From an uncultured delta proteobacterium (GTDB taxonomy: Bacteria > Desulfobacterota > Binatia > UBA9968), in the NCBI GenBank assembly GCA_963804165.1, contig CAWDPO010000046.1:256001-320000 (forward strand): a stretch of 64,000 nucleotides of DNA. Direction: 5' to 3'. The position numbers and the translations under genes were made by a program. A model generated the notes under the pieces. It saw only the letters and a program-made list of their open reading frames with translations. It searched no databases and had not been told where the DNA came from. The first letter of the stretch is position 1. Each line of letters starts with the position of its first letter. Shown piece after piece: positions 13,904 through 24,068 of the stretch.

Positions 13904-15037
13904 TTACATTCCGACGACGCCGTAATAGGCCGCGCAGTTATCCCAGAGAATTTTTCGCTTGTCTTCGTCAGTGAGCGGCAGTTGGAGAAAGCGCTCGACG
14001 GCTCTCGGATACTTGGTGTCCACATGAGGAAAGTCGGTGGAAAAAACCAGCCGCTCGTTGCCGAGGTAATCGACCGCGTATTTCACCGGCTCCTCGTCGC
14101 ATTCGACCGACGCATAGCACTGTCGCTTGAAATAATAGCTCGGCGGCTTCTTTAGCTCCGGCGCCCACTGGTCGCCATACAATTCCCAGTGTTCATCGAG
14201 ACGCCACATGAGGAAAGGCAGCCAACCGCAATTGCCTTCCAGAAACGCCACGCGCAGCTTTGGATGACGATCCAAAACTCCGCCGCCGCAGAAACTTCCC
14301 ACGGCGAGCATTTGCTCGACGGGATGCGAATAGGTGTGGCGCAGCATGAAATCGTAACCGAACTGCTCGCCAACCTGACGTGCCGCGGAATTGTTCGCTT
14401 CGTGAAAGCCCAGCGGCACCCCGAGACCCTCGAGAGTTGACCATAGGGATTCATAATAGTCGTCGTGCCAGTTGTGCCCATTGACGATGTTGGCCCGGAG
14501 AAAAATCGCGCGAAAACCCAGTTGCTCGACGCAGCGGCGCGTCTCGGCGATGGCGTCGTCGAGGTTGAAGGGCGAGATCATCCCCGCGCCGACGAGCTTG
14601 CTCGGATCAGCCTGGCAAAATTCGTAAAGCCAGTCGTTGTACGCGCGCGCCAGCGCGGCGGCGAATTCGCGATCCAAGTCCGGAATGCTGAGTACGTTCA
14701 GCCCGCGGCTCGGATAGAGAATCGCGAGATCTATCCCTTCTTCTGCCATCGCGTCGAGCTGGACTTGCGGCGACCAGCCACGCTCGTTGTGAGTTTTAAA
14801 CAGCTTCTGGTTCTTATGAAAAATGTGACCCGGCGGTGGCAGTGCTCCCGCCGGAGGATCGGCAGGACGCCCCCATGCCCGGCCGTCCGGGCCGACCAAA
14901 CGCAGATCGCGTACGTGATCGGTTGTGCCAATGGGAGCGAGGTGTCTAAATTTTTTATCGATGTAGCGCTGCCAGAGATCGGCGGGCTCGAGGATATGCA
15001 TGTCGCTGTCTAAAACCTTGAAACCGTTGTTTGCCAT
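13904..15037 (-). CDS. Amidohydrolase_2 family protein
   Basis: DSDMHILEP, FLEGNCGW, FSTDFPH, ILWDN motifs. Confidence 0.9.
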   Translation of the reverse strand: MANNGFKVLDSDMHILEPADLWQRYIDKKFRHLAPIGTTDHVRDLRLVGPDGRAWGRPADPPAGALPPPGHIFHKNQKLFKTHNERGWSPQVQLDAMAEEGIDLAILYPSRGLNVLSIPDLDREFAAALARAYNDWLYEFCQADPSKLVGAGMISPFNLDDAIAETRRCVEQLGFRAIFLRANIVNGHNWHDDYYESLWSTLEGLGVPLGFHEANNSAARQVGEQFGYDFMLRHTYSHPVEQMLAVGSFCGGGVLDRHPKLRVAFLEGNCGWLPFLMWRLDEHWELYGDQWAPELKKPPSYYFKRQCYASVECDEEPVKYAVDYLGNERLVFSTDFPHVDTKYPRAVERFLQLPLTDEDKRKILWDNCAAYYGVVGM

Positions 15038-15053
15038 AGGTCACCTCGAAATT

Positions 15054-15080
15054 TGTTCAAGCCGTTCAAATCGTTCAAAC
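15054..15080 (+). repeat. 9-bp tandem repeat (CGTTCAAAT/CGTTCAAGC family)
   Basis: GTTCAAGC CGTTCAAAT CGTTCAAAC; recurs at four other intergenic sites. Confidence 0.75.
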
Positions 15081-15117
15081 AACTTAAGCTGTTTGGGCTC
15101 GCATCGGTGCCGAACGT

Positions 15118-16074
15118 TTACGCCGTTTCCGGATTCGTTGAGATATATTTTCCCGCTTGCTGCGGGTCGATACCGTTGGCGCGTAGTTCAACCTGCGCCG
15201 CTTCTTCCTGAAGTTGAAAGGTGACGGTGTAGGCTGACTTGTCGCCCAGACCGCGGTTGACGGCGGCCACGAGATTCTGTTCGGCGATGTTGGCCAGTGG
15301 CAAGGGCACGTTCAGTTCCCGGCCGAGCGCCGTCGCCAGGCCGACGTCCTTGCGCAGTAATTTGAGGGGGAAAGTGTCCGTCGTATAATTATTACGAAAA
15401 ACCGTCTGCGGCACTTGCACGTGCAGCACATGCATCCGTCCCACCATCCCGCGCCGGACGCATTCCCACAGCGCTACGGTATCGACCCCGGCTTTCACGC
15501 CCAAGGTGAGTCCTTCGGCGATCGATTGGGATATGGTGCTGTTGATCATTTGATGGACGAGCTTGCAGACGCTCCCGGAACCGAGCGGCCCGGCATAGAG
15601 CACCTGGTCGCCGAACGCTTCGAGCACCGCCTGGGCGCGCTCGAAGATATTTTTCTCGCCGCCTACCATCACTTCATGAATACCACGTGCCGCGCCGGGT
15701 TGGCCCGAAGCCACCGGCGCATCGAGAACATGCGCGCCCTTTTGCCGAAACAGGGGTGCTAGTTTTCGAATAAGCGACGGCGGACTCGTTGAGATATCGA
15801 TGTAGATTGCGCCAGGTCGGATTCCTTCGACGATACCCGCCGCGCCGCAAGCGACTTGCTCCACATCGTTGGGCATCGGTAGTGCCGTGATGATCACGTC
15901 GCTCCGGCGCGCTAAGTCTGAGACGCTGTCGGCAACCTTCGCACCGAGGTCTTCAAACGGACGGGTGGCTTCCTCGCGTAGATCGAACACGATCATCGGG
16001 AAACCCGCTTTCTGGATGTGGCCGGCGACGGGTCCGCCCATGTTGCCAAGACCGATAAAACCGACTGTTTCCAT
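15118..16074 (-). CDS. 3-hydroxyisobutyrate dehydrogenase-family NAD(P)-dependent oxidoreductase
   Basis: GFIGLGNMG, LDAPV, catalytic K (CKLVHQ), KD motif. Confidence 0.9.
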   Translation of the reverse strand: METVGFIGLGNMGGPVAGHIQKAGFPMIVFDLREEATRPFEDLGAKVADSVSDLARRSDVIITALPMPNDVEQVACGAAGIVEGIRPGAIYIDISTSPPSLIRKLAPLFRQKGAHVLDAPVASGQPGAARGIHEVMVGGEKNIFERAQAVLEAFGDQVLYAGPLGSGSVCKLVHQMINSTISQSIAEGLTLGVKAGVDTVALWECVRRGMVGRMHVLHVQVPQTVFRNNYTTDTFPLKLLRKDVGLATALGRELNVPLPLANIAEQNLVAAVNRGLGDKSAYTVTFQLQEEAAQVELRANGIDPQQAGKYISTNPETA

Positions 16075-16327
16075 TTTAGCTCCCGCTTGCAGCAAATTCT
16101 TTTCCAGCTTATCGCAGAACGTCTATTCCGGTGTCAACGTTGGCACACGGGAATCTGCACCGGGGATACGCATGTTTGATTAGCTCACCACGTGCGGAGT
16201 TTCTCACACCCCGTGCATTCCGATCTTCTTCGAAGCACGCGTCCTCTGTTTCTCTGTTGCGTTGCCTGCCTTTTTCGTTTGCAGGGATTTTGATACAAGT
16301 CGTATTACCAGGCGAAAGGAGAATTCT

Positions 16328-17314
16328 ATGGGCCACATGATGAACGGCAGGTGGGTGGACGATGACCGCATCACGGCCGATGTACGCGGTGCATTTGTGC
16401 GTGCCGACTCGCAGTTCCGTAGCTGGGTTACGGATGATGGCAGCGCCGGACCTTCGGGCAGCGCCGGTTTCAAAGCCGAGCCTGGACGTTACCATCTTTT
16501 TGTTTCGTACAATTGCCCTTGGGCTCATCGGACGATCATCTTCCGCAAGCTTAAGAAACTAGAAAACGCGGTTTCGATGTCGCTGGCCGATAGGCCGAAA
16601 ACCGCGGGTTGGGCATATTCCGAGACGATCGACGACTTTCAACCGGAAAAAGACGGCGTCTTTCGTCTACATCAAGTTTACGCGGCCGCGGATGCCAACT
16701 ATGCGGGCAAAGTGACCGTACCGACGCTCTGGGACCGCGAGCGGCGCACGATCGTGAACAACGAGTCGTCTGAGATCATCCGTATGTTCAACTCCGGTTT
16801 TTGCGCGCATACGAATGTGACTTACGATTTCTATCCGGAAGAGCTGCGCGGCGAAATCGATCGGATCAACGATTTCGTTTATGGCCATTTCAACAACGGC
16901 GTGTACCGGGCAGGCTTTGCGCGCAGCCAGGAAGCGTACGACGAAGCGGTGAAGAAAGTTTTTGTTTGCTTGGATCAAATGGAACAGTGGCTCAATGACC
17001 GGCGCTATTTGGTCGGCGAGCGCATCACGGAAGCCGACTGGCGCGCCTTCCCGACCTTGCTGCGCTTTGATCCGGTTTATCATGGGCACTTCAAATGCAA
17101 CCTGCGCCGCGTGCAGGATTATCCAAATTTGCGAAACTACTTGCGCGAGCTGTACCAGTGGCCGGGGATCAGAGAGACGTTCGATCTGCAAAAAACCAAA
17201 TCAGGGTACTACAGCCAGCGCAACGTCAACCCGACGGGTATCGTGCCGATCGGACCCGACATGAGTCATCTTGAATTGCCGCATGATCGCGAGCGGCTTC
17301 GTGCGGCGGTCTGA
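16328..17314 (+). CDS. yqjG: Glutathionyl-hydroquinone reductase (Xi/omega-class GST, YqjG-like)
   Basis: RYHLFVSYNCPWAHR, VTVPTLWD, NNESSEI, NNGVYRAGFA, HFKCN. Confidence 0.9.
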   Translation: MGHMMNGRWVDDDRITADVRGAFVRADSQFRSWVTDDGSAGPSGSAGFKAEPGRYHLFVSYNCPWAHRTIIFRKLKKLENAVSMSLADRPKTAGWAYSETIDDFQPEKDGVFRLHQVYAAADANYAGKVTVPTLWDRERRTIVNNESSEIIRMFNSGFCAHTNVTYDFYPEELRGEIDRINDFVYGHFNNGVYRAGFARSQEAYDEAVKKVFVCLDQMEQWLNDRRYLVGERITEADWRAFPTLLRFDPVYHGHFKCNLRRVQDYPNLRNYLRELYQWPGIRETFDLQKTKSGYYSQRNVNPTGIVPIGPDMSHLELPHDRERLRAAV

Positions 17315-17356
17315 ACGCGACCCGCGCAAATTTATCGTGCGATGGATTCGAATCCC

Positions 17357-17382
17357 AGGGCGACCGCCCTGGTCGCCCCTAC
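17357..17382. repeat. GTAG-family REP (single hairpin)
   Basis: GGGCGACC-GCCCT-GGTCGCCCCTAC. Confidence 0.7.
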
Positions 17383-17412
17383 GGGTTTTTTGCGCCCTCT
17401 GCGTTCTTTGTG

Positions 17413-17832
17413 CTAAATTCGATTAACGCTCTGGGGGCCGACTTTCTCGATGTTGACGCGAATGATCACGCGCTTTTCGTCGGCCATCTGCTTTTTGTAG
17501 TCTTCCCAGTTCTTGTGCTCGCCGCGCACCTGCTTGTACCAGTAAATTAACGTGTCCATCGCCGCGGGTTGCTCGATGATCTCCGTAGTGCCATGGATCT
17601 GCACGAACTTGGAGCCACTGTACTGCTCGCCGAAGATCAGCATTGACACCCGCGGGTCGCGGCGCAGGTGTTTGATCTTGTAGGTGGTGCCGCGCGAGGT
17701 GATGATCACCCGTCCTTCGGGGTCGATTCCGGGCGTGACGAAAGTCATCTGCGGCCAGCCATCTTTCTGGCGGACCGCGATACAGGCGCGGTGGTTCTCT
17801 CGCAGAAATTTTTGCGCGTCAGCAATTTCCAT
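17413..17832 (-). CDS. PPOX-class (F420-dependent-like) oxidoreductase
   Basis: DGWPQ, KIKHLRRDPRVS, RVIIRV motifs. Confidence 0.85.
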   Translation of the reverse strand: MEIADAQKFLRENHRACIAVRQKDGWPQMTFVTPGIDPEGRVIITSRGTTYKIKHLRRDPRVSMLIFGEQYSGSKFVQIHGTTEIIEQPAAMDTLIYWYKQVRGEHKNWEDYKKQMADEKRVIIRVNIEKVGPQSVNRI

Positions 17833-17857
17833 TTTCCCCTCCTGATTGAATGAGCCG

Positions 17858-18097
17858 TCAGCCGTGACCGTTGGTGCCCCAGGTTCTTCCGTCGATCCAC
17901 ATTTTAGCGAGTTCAAGCACGTAGGCGTCGGCCTGTTTCCGGGTGTCAAACGTCGCGCGCCGTCGGCCGAAAATCGGAATCCTTTTGGTTTGCTTGTTTT
18001 CTACGATCACGATCGTGGCGCGGGCAAACCATTCGCCGGCGCGGACCTCTTCGGAATCGAGCTCGACGCTGTGATCACGGTAGGTCTTGGTTCGCAT
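17858..18097 (-). CDS. Small hypothetical protein
   Basis: 79-aa ORF MRTKTYRDHSVEL...AKMWIDG, co-oriented with its neighbours. Confidence 0.6.
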   Translation of the reverse strand: MRTKTYRDHSVELDSEEVRAGEWFARATIVIVENKQTKRIPIFGRRRATFDTRKQADAYVLELAKMWIDGRTWGTNGHG

Positions 18098-18169
18098 GCC
18101 GGTGGAAACAACCTGAATTCGAATATCCGAGCGCGGCAGTGGACCGCAGTTTTTATCCGTCAATTTGTT

Positions 18170-18228
18170 GTGGGGCGACCCTATGTAGTCGCCCGTTCGG
18201 AAGGGCAGACACATAGGTCTGCCCCTAC
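18170..18228. repeat. GTAG-family REP doublet
   Basis: Two hairpins GGGCGAC/GTCGCCC and GGGCAGAC/GTCTGCCC ending CCCCTAC; nearly identical to 38989-39049. Confidence 0.8.
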
Positions 18229-18234
18229 GATAGA

Positions 18235-19065
18235 TTAAATACTGACCTTTCCGCCGTTTAATTTGATGCCCAATTTCGCAAGCGCTTCGACTACGGGAAT
18301 GTCGGCGCCGAGACTCTTGCCCACCTCGGCGGCCAGCGGTAGGTCTTTGTCATAGAGATTGGTGCCGGGATTGAACTTCAGTTCATCGTCGGAAAGATCG
18401 TAGCGCATGTCCCAGCGATCCAAGATATGTTGCGACTTGGTTTTTTGCATCAAATCGAGCGCGGCTTTGTAACTCACTCCGCCGGCCTTGGCAATTTGCA
18501 GGGCCTCGTAGACGACCAGCGCTTCGGACGCGGTGACCATGTTTTTGAAAAGCTTGGTGACGTTGCCGCAGCCAAGCGGTCCCATATGAACCGCGTCCTT
18601 GGCCATATTGAGCAGATGCGGTTTGGCGCGCTCGAAGAAAGCTTTTTGTCCGCCAACAAGAAAGGTCAGCCCGCCCTGGCGCACCGCGCTCGGGATCGCC
18701 GTCATGCAGGCGTCGATTACGTTCACCCGCTTATCAGCCGCTAGTTCGGCAACTTTCTTTGTCGTCGCCGGCCGGATCGTGCTGTGCAGCAGCACGAGGG
18801 AGCCCGGCGCTGCGCCTTCCAACACGCCGTCGTTGCCGAGCATGCATTGGAGCACTTCCTGGTCGGTGCGCACGACCACGTCGATGATCGTCGAATTCTG
18901 CGCCACTGTTTTCGCCGACGACACCGTCTCGGCGCCTTCTTTGCGCGCGGCCTCCATGGCAACGGGCGCGATGTCGAAGGCGATCGCGTTGCCGCCGGCC
19001 AATTTCAAACGCGAGAGCAATGCGCTGCCCATGGCGCCCGTCCCGACAAAGCCGATTTTTTCCAT
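18235..19065 (-). CDS. 3-hydroxyisobutyrate dehydrogenase-family oxidoreductase
   Basis: GFVGTGAMG, TKLFKN, KDL motifs. Confidence 0.88.
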   Translation of the reverse strand: MEKIGFVGTGAMGSALLSRLKLAGGNAIAFDIAPVAMEAARKEGAETVSSAKTVAQNSTIIDVVVRTDQEVLQCMLGNDGVLEGAAPGSLVLLHSTIRPATTKKVAELAADKRVNVIDACMTAIPSAVRQGGLTFLVGGQKAFFERAKPHLLNMAKDAVHMGPLGCGNVTKLFKNMVTASEALVVYEALQIAKAGGVSYKAALDLMQKTKSQHILDRWDMRYDLSDDELKFNPGTNLYDKDLPLAAEVGKSLGADIPVVEALAKLGIKLNGGKVSI

Positions 19066-19076
19066 GTAATTCTCCT

Positions 19077-20087
19077 TTAGTTGGTGCCCTTTAGGTTCGG
19101 CATGACGTGCGTGCTGAACAATTGCACCGAGCGCAACGACTCGGCGAGCGACAGATCGCCGAAGCCGAGTTGTCCGACCAAATAGTTCGCCGCCGATACG
19201 TCGAGCTCGGCCTGAAGAAATTTCGTGACTGTGTCCGGATTGCCGGCCACCGCCTGGCCACGTTCCATCATCATTTCGAACTCGGCCGGGCGCGGGTGCG
19301 CCGGATTACCGCCCTTCAAGGAATACAAATAATAAAAATGTTTGTGCCACACCGGATAGGCGCGGCAGGCTGCGGCAAGAGCTTCGTTTGCTTTTTCGGC
19401 GATGACAACAAAACGGCTCAATCCGAGCTTCGGCGTCGGCTGATCGCCGTGCAATTCCCGCCAGACTTGGCGATAGCGATCGTTGTAGCTGCGCGTGTCC
19501 TTGGCCGAGTCGAGGCTCACCATGTTGAGGCCTTGCTTCGCCGCGCGCTCAGCGGATTCCACCGAGTGCACGCCGTACCACATCGGCGGGTGGGGTTTTT
19601 GCAGCGGCTCCAGCTCCATCGGGATGTCTTTGAAGGAAAAATACTTTCCCTCGAACGTGAGCTTCTTTTGCGTCAAGCCGCGCAGGATCAGCTCCCGCGC
19701 TTCGGTGTAAATGTCTTGTGCCTTTGCCGGATCTTGGCCGTAAAATGAGATTTCCGTGTTCGACGAGCCGCGGCCAAAACCGATCTCAAGCCGCCCGCCG
19801 CTCAATTGATCGACCATGCAGATCTCTTCGATCAGCCTTAACGGATGGTGCAACGGGAGAGCATAAACCATCGGTCCGAAACGCAGCGTTTTCGTGCGCT
19901 GCGCGATGGCGGTAAGAAATATGCTCGGTGACGGCGCCATGCCGATCGGCGTCGAGTGATGCTCCGCGACATGGTAGGCGTAAAAGCCCGCTCGCTCGTA
20001 AGCTTCGATCAGCTTGAGCCGTGCCTCGTAAAACTCATTGAGTGGAAGATCGTTCCGATCCAGATGGTCGAAGATGCCATATTCCAT
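19077..20087 (-). CDS. LLM-class flavin-dependent oxidoreductase
   Basis: AEHH, PLHHPLRLIEE, SGGRLEIGFGRG, PLQKPHPP. Confidence 0.92.
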   Translation of the reverse strand: MEYGIFDHLDRNDLPLNEFYEARLKLIEAYERAGFYAYHVAEHHSTPIGMAPSPSIFLTAIAQRTKTLRFGPMVYALPLHHPLRLIEEICMVDQLSGGRLEIGFGRGSSNTEISFYGQDPAKAQDIYTEARELILRGLTQKKLTFEGKYFSFKDIPMELEPLQKPHPPMWYGVHSVESAERAAKQGLNMVSLDSAKDTRSYNDRYRQVWRELHGDQPTPKLGLSRFVVIAEKANEALAAACRAYPVWHKHFYYLYSLKGGNPAHPRPAEFEMMMERGQAVAGNPDTVTKFLQAELDVSAANYLVGQLGFGDLSLAESLRSVQLFSTHVMPNLKGTN

Positions 20088-20320
20088 ATCACGCCGGATA
20101 TATCGTGAATCGCGAGCAAATCAAAGGCTATAGGGACAGATAAATCGATCCGGGGGCAGCAGAGTGCATCTTCGCGCTCTGATCGGATGGGACCGAGCCG
20201 CTTCAATCGCTCTGGCAAGCGTCGATATCGGCCGGTCAACCGTGGGCAATAAACCGACAAAGGTCAGCGCGATTCGTCTCAACCGCTGAACTATTGGGCC
20301 GATCGCGCCGTGGATTCCTA

Positions 20321-20360
20321 AACGACTGGAACGGCTCGAACGTTTGGAACGATTTGAACG
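20321..20360 (-). repeat. 9-bp tandem repeat (CGTTCAAAT family)
   Basis: CTGGAACG GCTCGAACG TTTGGAACG ATTTGAACG. Confidence 0.75.
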
Positions 20361-20376
20361 CTCCCCGTGCAATCCC

Positions 20377-21444
20377 TCAATGCGCCGCGCTCGCCCGCTG
20401 CTTGGTCTCCAGGCTCAGTCCGACGATGAACGCCGGGTTCACTGTGCACATCGTGTAGATCTCGTCTTCCGTGCAACCAAACGCCGCCATGTAGCCGCGC
20501 AAGAGTCTGAGCGACTCGACTGAATTGGGAAACAGCGGCTCGCCCGCGTCCGACGACAGCGTGCAGTGCTCGGGCCCCACCGTGCGTATGGCCTTGTACA
20601 TGTTGGCCGGGTCGATGCCTAAGAGCGGCGATAACTCATCGAAGGTGAAATTGAGCCATAGGCCGGCGCTGGCTGCTTCCTTCATTTCCTCGATGGTCAA
20701 ATTGACAAAGGGGCTGAAGGGATGATCGACGACTCCTTTCTTGAAGCCGATCTTGTGGCTGAACTCCGCCATGGCCTTGAACTCCGGCTTGGTCGGATGG
20801 CCGAAAAAGATCGCTGCGTTGTGATCATGGGCCAGGCGGAAGATCTCTTCGATCTCAGGTAACAATCGGCCCTTGTCGTCGAGCAGGTAGTGGCCGTATT
20901 TGAGCGAGTCGGCCCAGGACAGCGGTTCGGTATGGGCATTGGGATCGGCGCTCTTGTCCCAGGCGCTGGGCTTGCCGCCGACAATGGAGAGGGTGTTGGC
21001 CGAGGTGTTGTTGGGCATCCACAGACCCACGACTCCGGCTTTCAAGTTCTTGTCACACCAGGCTGGCTCGATCTTCGAGAGAAAACCTTGCGTGACCGAA
21101 GCGCCGGGCCAGAGGTGTGCAGGTATCAAACCCTGCTCCGCACACCAAGATTCCAGCGCTCTGCGCACGCCGTCGACCGTCCCCGCCGGATCCTTCCGTC
21201 CGACGATTGTTTTGTAGAGTATGCCTTTCATGCCGCTCTTCGAGGCGAGCTTGGCGACGCCGAGAGCGTCTTGCTGTCCCTCGTGCGCGTGGCAATGAAT
21301 GTCGATCGCGTCCTCGACTCCGATCACGTGATCGAGCGAAGGATCGACGGGCCCCTGCTTGAAGCCGCGGCGAGCGGGATACGATGTTACTGAACGAACG
21401 GAGCTCGGCGTGGAATAGTTTGGATTTGTCTCGGCCATGGTCAA
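20377..21444 (-). CDS. DUF6282-like amidohydrolase-fold metalloprotein
   Basis: IDIHCH, FGH, VVDHP, LSSDAG, NPA motifs. Confidence 0.75.
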   Translation of the reverse strand: MTMAETNPNYSTPSSVRSVTSYPARRGFKQGPVDPSLDHVIGVEDAIDIHCHAHEGQQDALGVAKLASKSGMKGILYKTIVGRKDPAGTVDGVRRALESWCAEQGLIPAHLWPGASVTQGFLSKIEPAWCDKNLKAGVVGLWMPNNTSANTLSIVGGKPSAWDKSADPNAHTEPLSWADSLKYGHYLLDDKGRLLPEIEEIFRLAHDHNAAIFFGHPTKPEFKAMAEFSHKIGFKKGVVDHPFSPFVNLTIEEMKEAASAGLWLNFTFDELSPLLGIDPANMYKAIRTVGPEHCTLSSDAGEPLFPNSVESLRLLRGYMAAFGCTEDEIYTMCTVNPAFIVGLSLETKQRASAAH

Positions 21445-21521
21445 TCCCTCCCTGTTATCGATTTGATTGGACAGTATCGCTTCGCGGCGCGCCAGGCAAT
21501 CGTTTTCTGTCAGCCGAAAGA

Positions 21522-21561
21522 CCGTTCTAATCGTTCCAGCCGTTCAAATGTTCAAATCGTT
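21522..21561 (+). repeat. 9-bp tandem repeat (CGTTCAAAT family)
   Basis: CGTTCTAAT CGTTCCAGC CGTTCAAAT GTTCAAAT CGTT. Confidence 0.75.
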
Positions 21562-21599
21562 TTGCTCATTGCGGCATACCAATGGCGCTCGCGTGTGCG

Positions 21600-22499
21600 T
21601 TATTGCTGTTTAAATCCATGCAGCCGCGCGGGGTTGTCGACCAGGATCTTGTGCAGCAGATTCGCATCGCCGTCGACGTAGCGGTAAAGAAGCTCGACCT
21701 CCTCCGCGTCGTTCATCATCCGCTTTGTCCACTGCGGATGGGGCCAGTCGGTGCCCCAGATGATGCGGTCGGGCGCTGCCTCAATGAATGCCTTGCCATA
21801 GGGAATCGCGTCGTCCCATCCCTCATCCATTTTCGAATCGCGATTGCCGTTGGACACCATCATCCACCAATTCGCCTGCTTCAGCATGTCGAGCACCCAA
21901 CGGATTACCGGCCGGTCGAGCCCGCCCTCGAACCCGACGTGGCCGAAATGGTCGATCACCATCGGCACGTCCTTGAGGGAACGCAACAAATCCGAATTGT
22001 TGAGAAGGTCCTGCCCGTTCACGTGCAGCCGCGCGTGCCAGCCGAGCTCGCGCAGCCGCGCCATCGATCGCCGTACTTCCGCTTCGCGCTGATCGAGGGT
22101 AAGAAAGCGCACGAAATTGAAGCGCGCGCCGCGCACGCCGGCCGCGTGCATGCGCTCGAGCTCCTTGTCCGAAACCCGGTCATCGACGATGCCGATGCCG
22201 CGGTAGCGGTCGCGATCATCCAAGCTCTCGAGAGCGTGGAGCAGCAGGCGGTGATCGCTGCCGTAGATCGCGCTATGGACGATGACGCCACGATCGAAGC
22301 CGATCGTTTTGTGCATCCTCTGCGCTTCGTTAAACGTTGCGCTTGTGATCGGCGGGTATGGCGGATCGGACCGCGGCGGAAACTTTGCTGGATCTTCGTA
22401 GATGTGAAACTGGCAATCGCAGCTTCCCGCCGGCGGCGCGGGCACCGGCATGCGAGGTTGTCTATCCCACTCGTAAATTTTCTCTCCGACTGTTGCCAT
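21600..22499 (-). CDS. Amidohydrolase, 2-pyrone-4,6-dicarboxylate lactonase (LigI)-like
   Basis: GSCDCQFH, GVRGARFN, VIDHFG, WGTDWPHP, ILVDNPARL. Confidence 0.87.
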   Translation of the reverse strand: MATVGEKIYEWDRQPRMPVPAPPAGSCDCQFHIYEDPAKFPPRSDPPYPPITSATFNEAQRMHKTIGFDRGVIVHSAIYGSDHRLLLHALESLDDRDRYRGIGIVDDRVSDKELERMHAAGVRGARFNFVRFLTLDQREAEVRRSMARLRELGWHARLHVNGQDLLNNSDLLRSLKDVPMVIDHFGHVGFEGGLDRPVIRWVLDMLKQANWWMMVSNGNRDSKMDEGWDDAIPYGKAFIEAAPDRIIWGTDWPHPQWTKRMMNDAEEVELLYRYVDGDANLLHKILVDNPARLHGFKQQ

Positions 22500-22741
22500 T
22501 ATTACTCTCCCATGTTTCTCAGTTTTGACCTTGAACTAGCCTGTCAGCGCTATCGCTATCCGTGATCGTCTACTTCAAAACCTTATAAAAACGAATCCGT
22601 TTTCCAGTCAATGGGATCGTAGGCAAAGGAGAGAGAATGTCGGACGTTGTTGACTAAAGAGAATTATTTTTTTCTGACAAGGCACAAAGATAGTCAAGCT
22701 TTACCGTGCACGGACGCGGGCCGGCGGTTCCACGTACTGGT

Positions 22742-23845
22742 CTATCGCGCCGGAAGCGGCGCGGGACCCGAGAGAGTTTTGAACATTTCTATCAATTCGG
22801 CGTCACGTGGGGTGTCGCGAATGGCCTTGGTCAATTCCTCCGGCATCAAAGGATCGGCGTCTTCGCCGACGAGTTTTCGGTATTCACGATGGAAATCTGA
22901 ATCTTTCAGAGTCTTGCGCATAGCCTCCTGAATGACCTCCACCCGATCTTTAGGTGTTCCCGGAGGCAAAACATAGGGCGAGCCTGTCAGTCTGAAAATT
23001 CGCGAGATGGTGAGGAGCTTGATCTCTTTTTCAGACTTAGCGAAGCTCTCGATCTCAGGGAGGTGGCCGAAGCGGGGATGCTTGAGTCCCTTGGGAACCT
23101 CCAAAATGGCGTGGAAATCCATCAGACCTTTTTCCACCCAATCGGGATTGCGCTGCCAGACCGATGTCGCCGTGTTCGCTCTGGCATCGACTTCCCCGCG
23201 CAGCAGGGCAACGTCCAGTTCGGGAGCCGCGTAGCCCGGGATAAACTTCGTATCTTTTAAACCCAGAAAGTAGGCAAAAAAACGAGATGCGATATAGGCG
23301 CTGTGTCCTACCGGCCGGGCGCCGACTTTGACCCCGGACGCCGCTCGGAGCTTTTCCAGATTGCTCAGGCCCGCTTCCTTTCGGGTGTAGAACACCAGGT
23401 GGCTGGTGCTTTCCGGTGAACCAAGGTAGAAAAATTTATCGATGTCGTACATCACTCCGCTCTCGCGCAGAATATTCAGTGAAACTACCGCGCTGCTGAA
23501 TGCTCCGATCGTGAGCCCGTCCGGACGAGCGTTGCGGTACATATGATTGCCGACCTGTCGGCCGCCGCCGCCGTCCATGTACTCGACCACGATGGCCGGA
23601 CTTCCCGGGATGTACTTGCGCAGAAAGGGGACCATAGACTTAACGCGCGCATCGCCGATTCCTCCCGGCGCGGTGCCGGCGATGACCGTTATGGTCTTTC
23701 CCTGGTAAAACGGCACTTGCGGAAAACCATGATCGGGTGAAAGACCAGCGAACACGAGTAGCGCGCCGAAAGCGGTTATTTTAAAGGCTACTCTATGAGT
23801 ATTCATTAAAGGCCTCCCTATGCTTTTGTCGCTGTTATCTCGCAA
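22742..23845 (-). CDS. TctC/Bug-family tripartite tricarboxylate transporter binding protein (start uncertain)
   Basis: FYQGKTI, PGG, PDGLT, RGEVD, PPGTP. Confidence 0.88.
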   Translation of the reverse strand: MRDNSDKSIGRPLMNTHRVAFKITAFGALLVFAGLSPDHGFPQVPFYQGKTITVIAGTAPGGIGDARVKSMVPFLRKYIPGSPAIVVEYMDGGGGRQVGNHMYRNARPDGLTIGAFSSAVVSLNILRESGVMYDIDKFFYLGSPESTSHLVFYTRKEAGLSNLEKLRAASGVKVGARPVGHSAYIASRFFAYFLGLKDTKFIPGYAAPELDVALLRGEVDARANTATSVWQRNPDWVEKGLMDFHAILEVPKGLKHPRFGHLPEIESFAKSEKEIKLLTISRIFRLTGSPYVLPPGTPKDRVEVIQEAMRKTLKDSDFHREYRKLVGEDADPLMPEELTKAIRDTPRDAELIEMFKTLSGPAPLPAR

Positions 23846-24068
23846 ACGGTGACCCTGCAGTGGAGAGTTTGTTGATTCAAATCAACGGCCTCCCATCGCG
23901 GGCAGCTTCCTAACGCGACCTAACATGCAGCGAGCAATTTTCTCCCGTTGATAGTTTGTCGTCGACGGTACTGAATGGGAGCGGCCGATGCAAATGAGCA
24001 CCCGCTGTGCCGCTCCCTCTTGAAGTGCGGTTTATCGCGAGCGAAACAAGAATCGGCGTGACATTTTT

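Noticed and set aside
17341-17357. tRNA suggested by GGATTCGAATCCC
   Set aside because: No acceptor, D or anticodon arms can be formed; it abuts a REP
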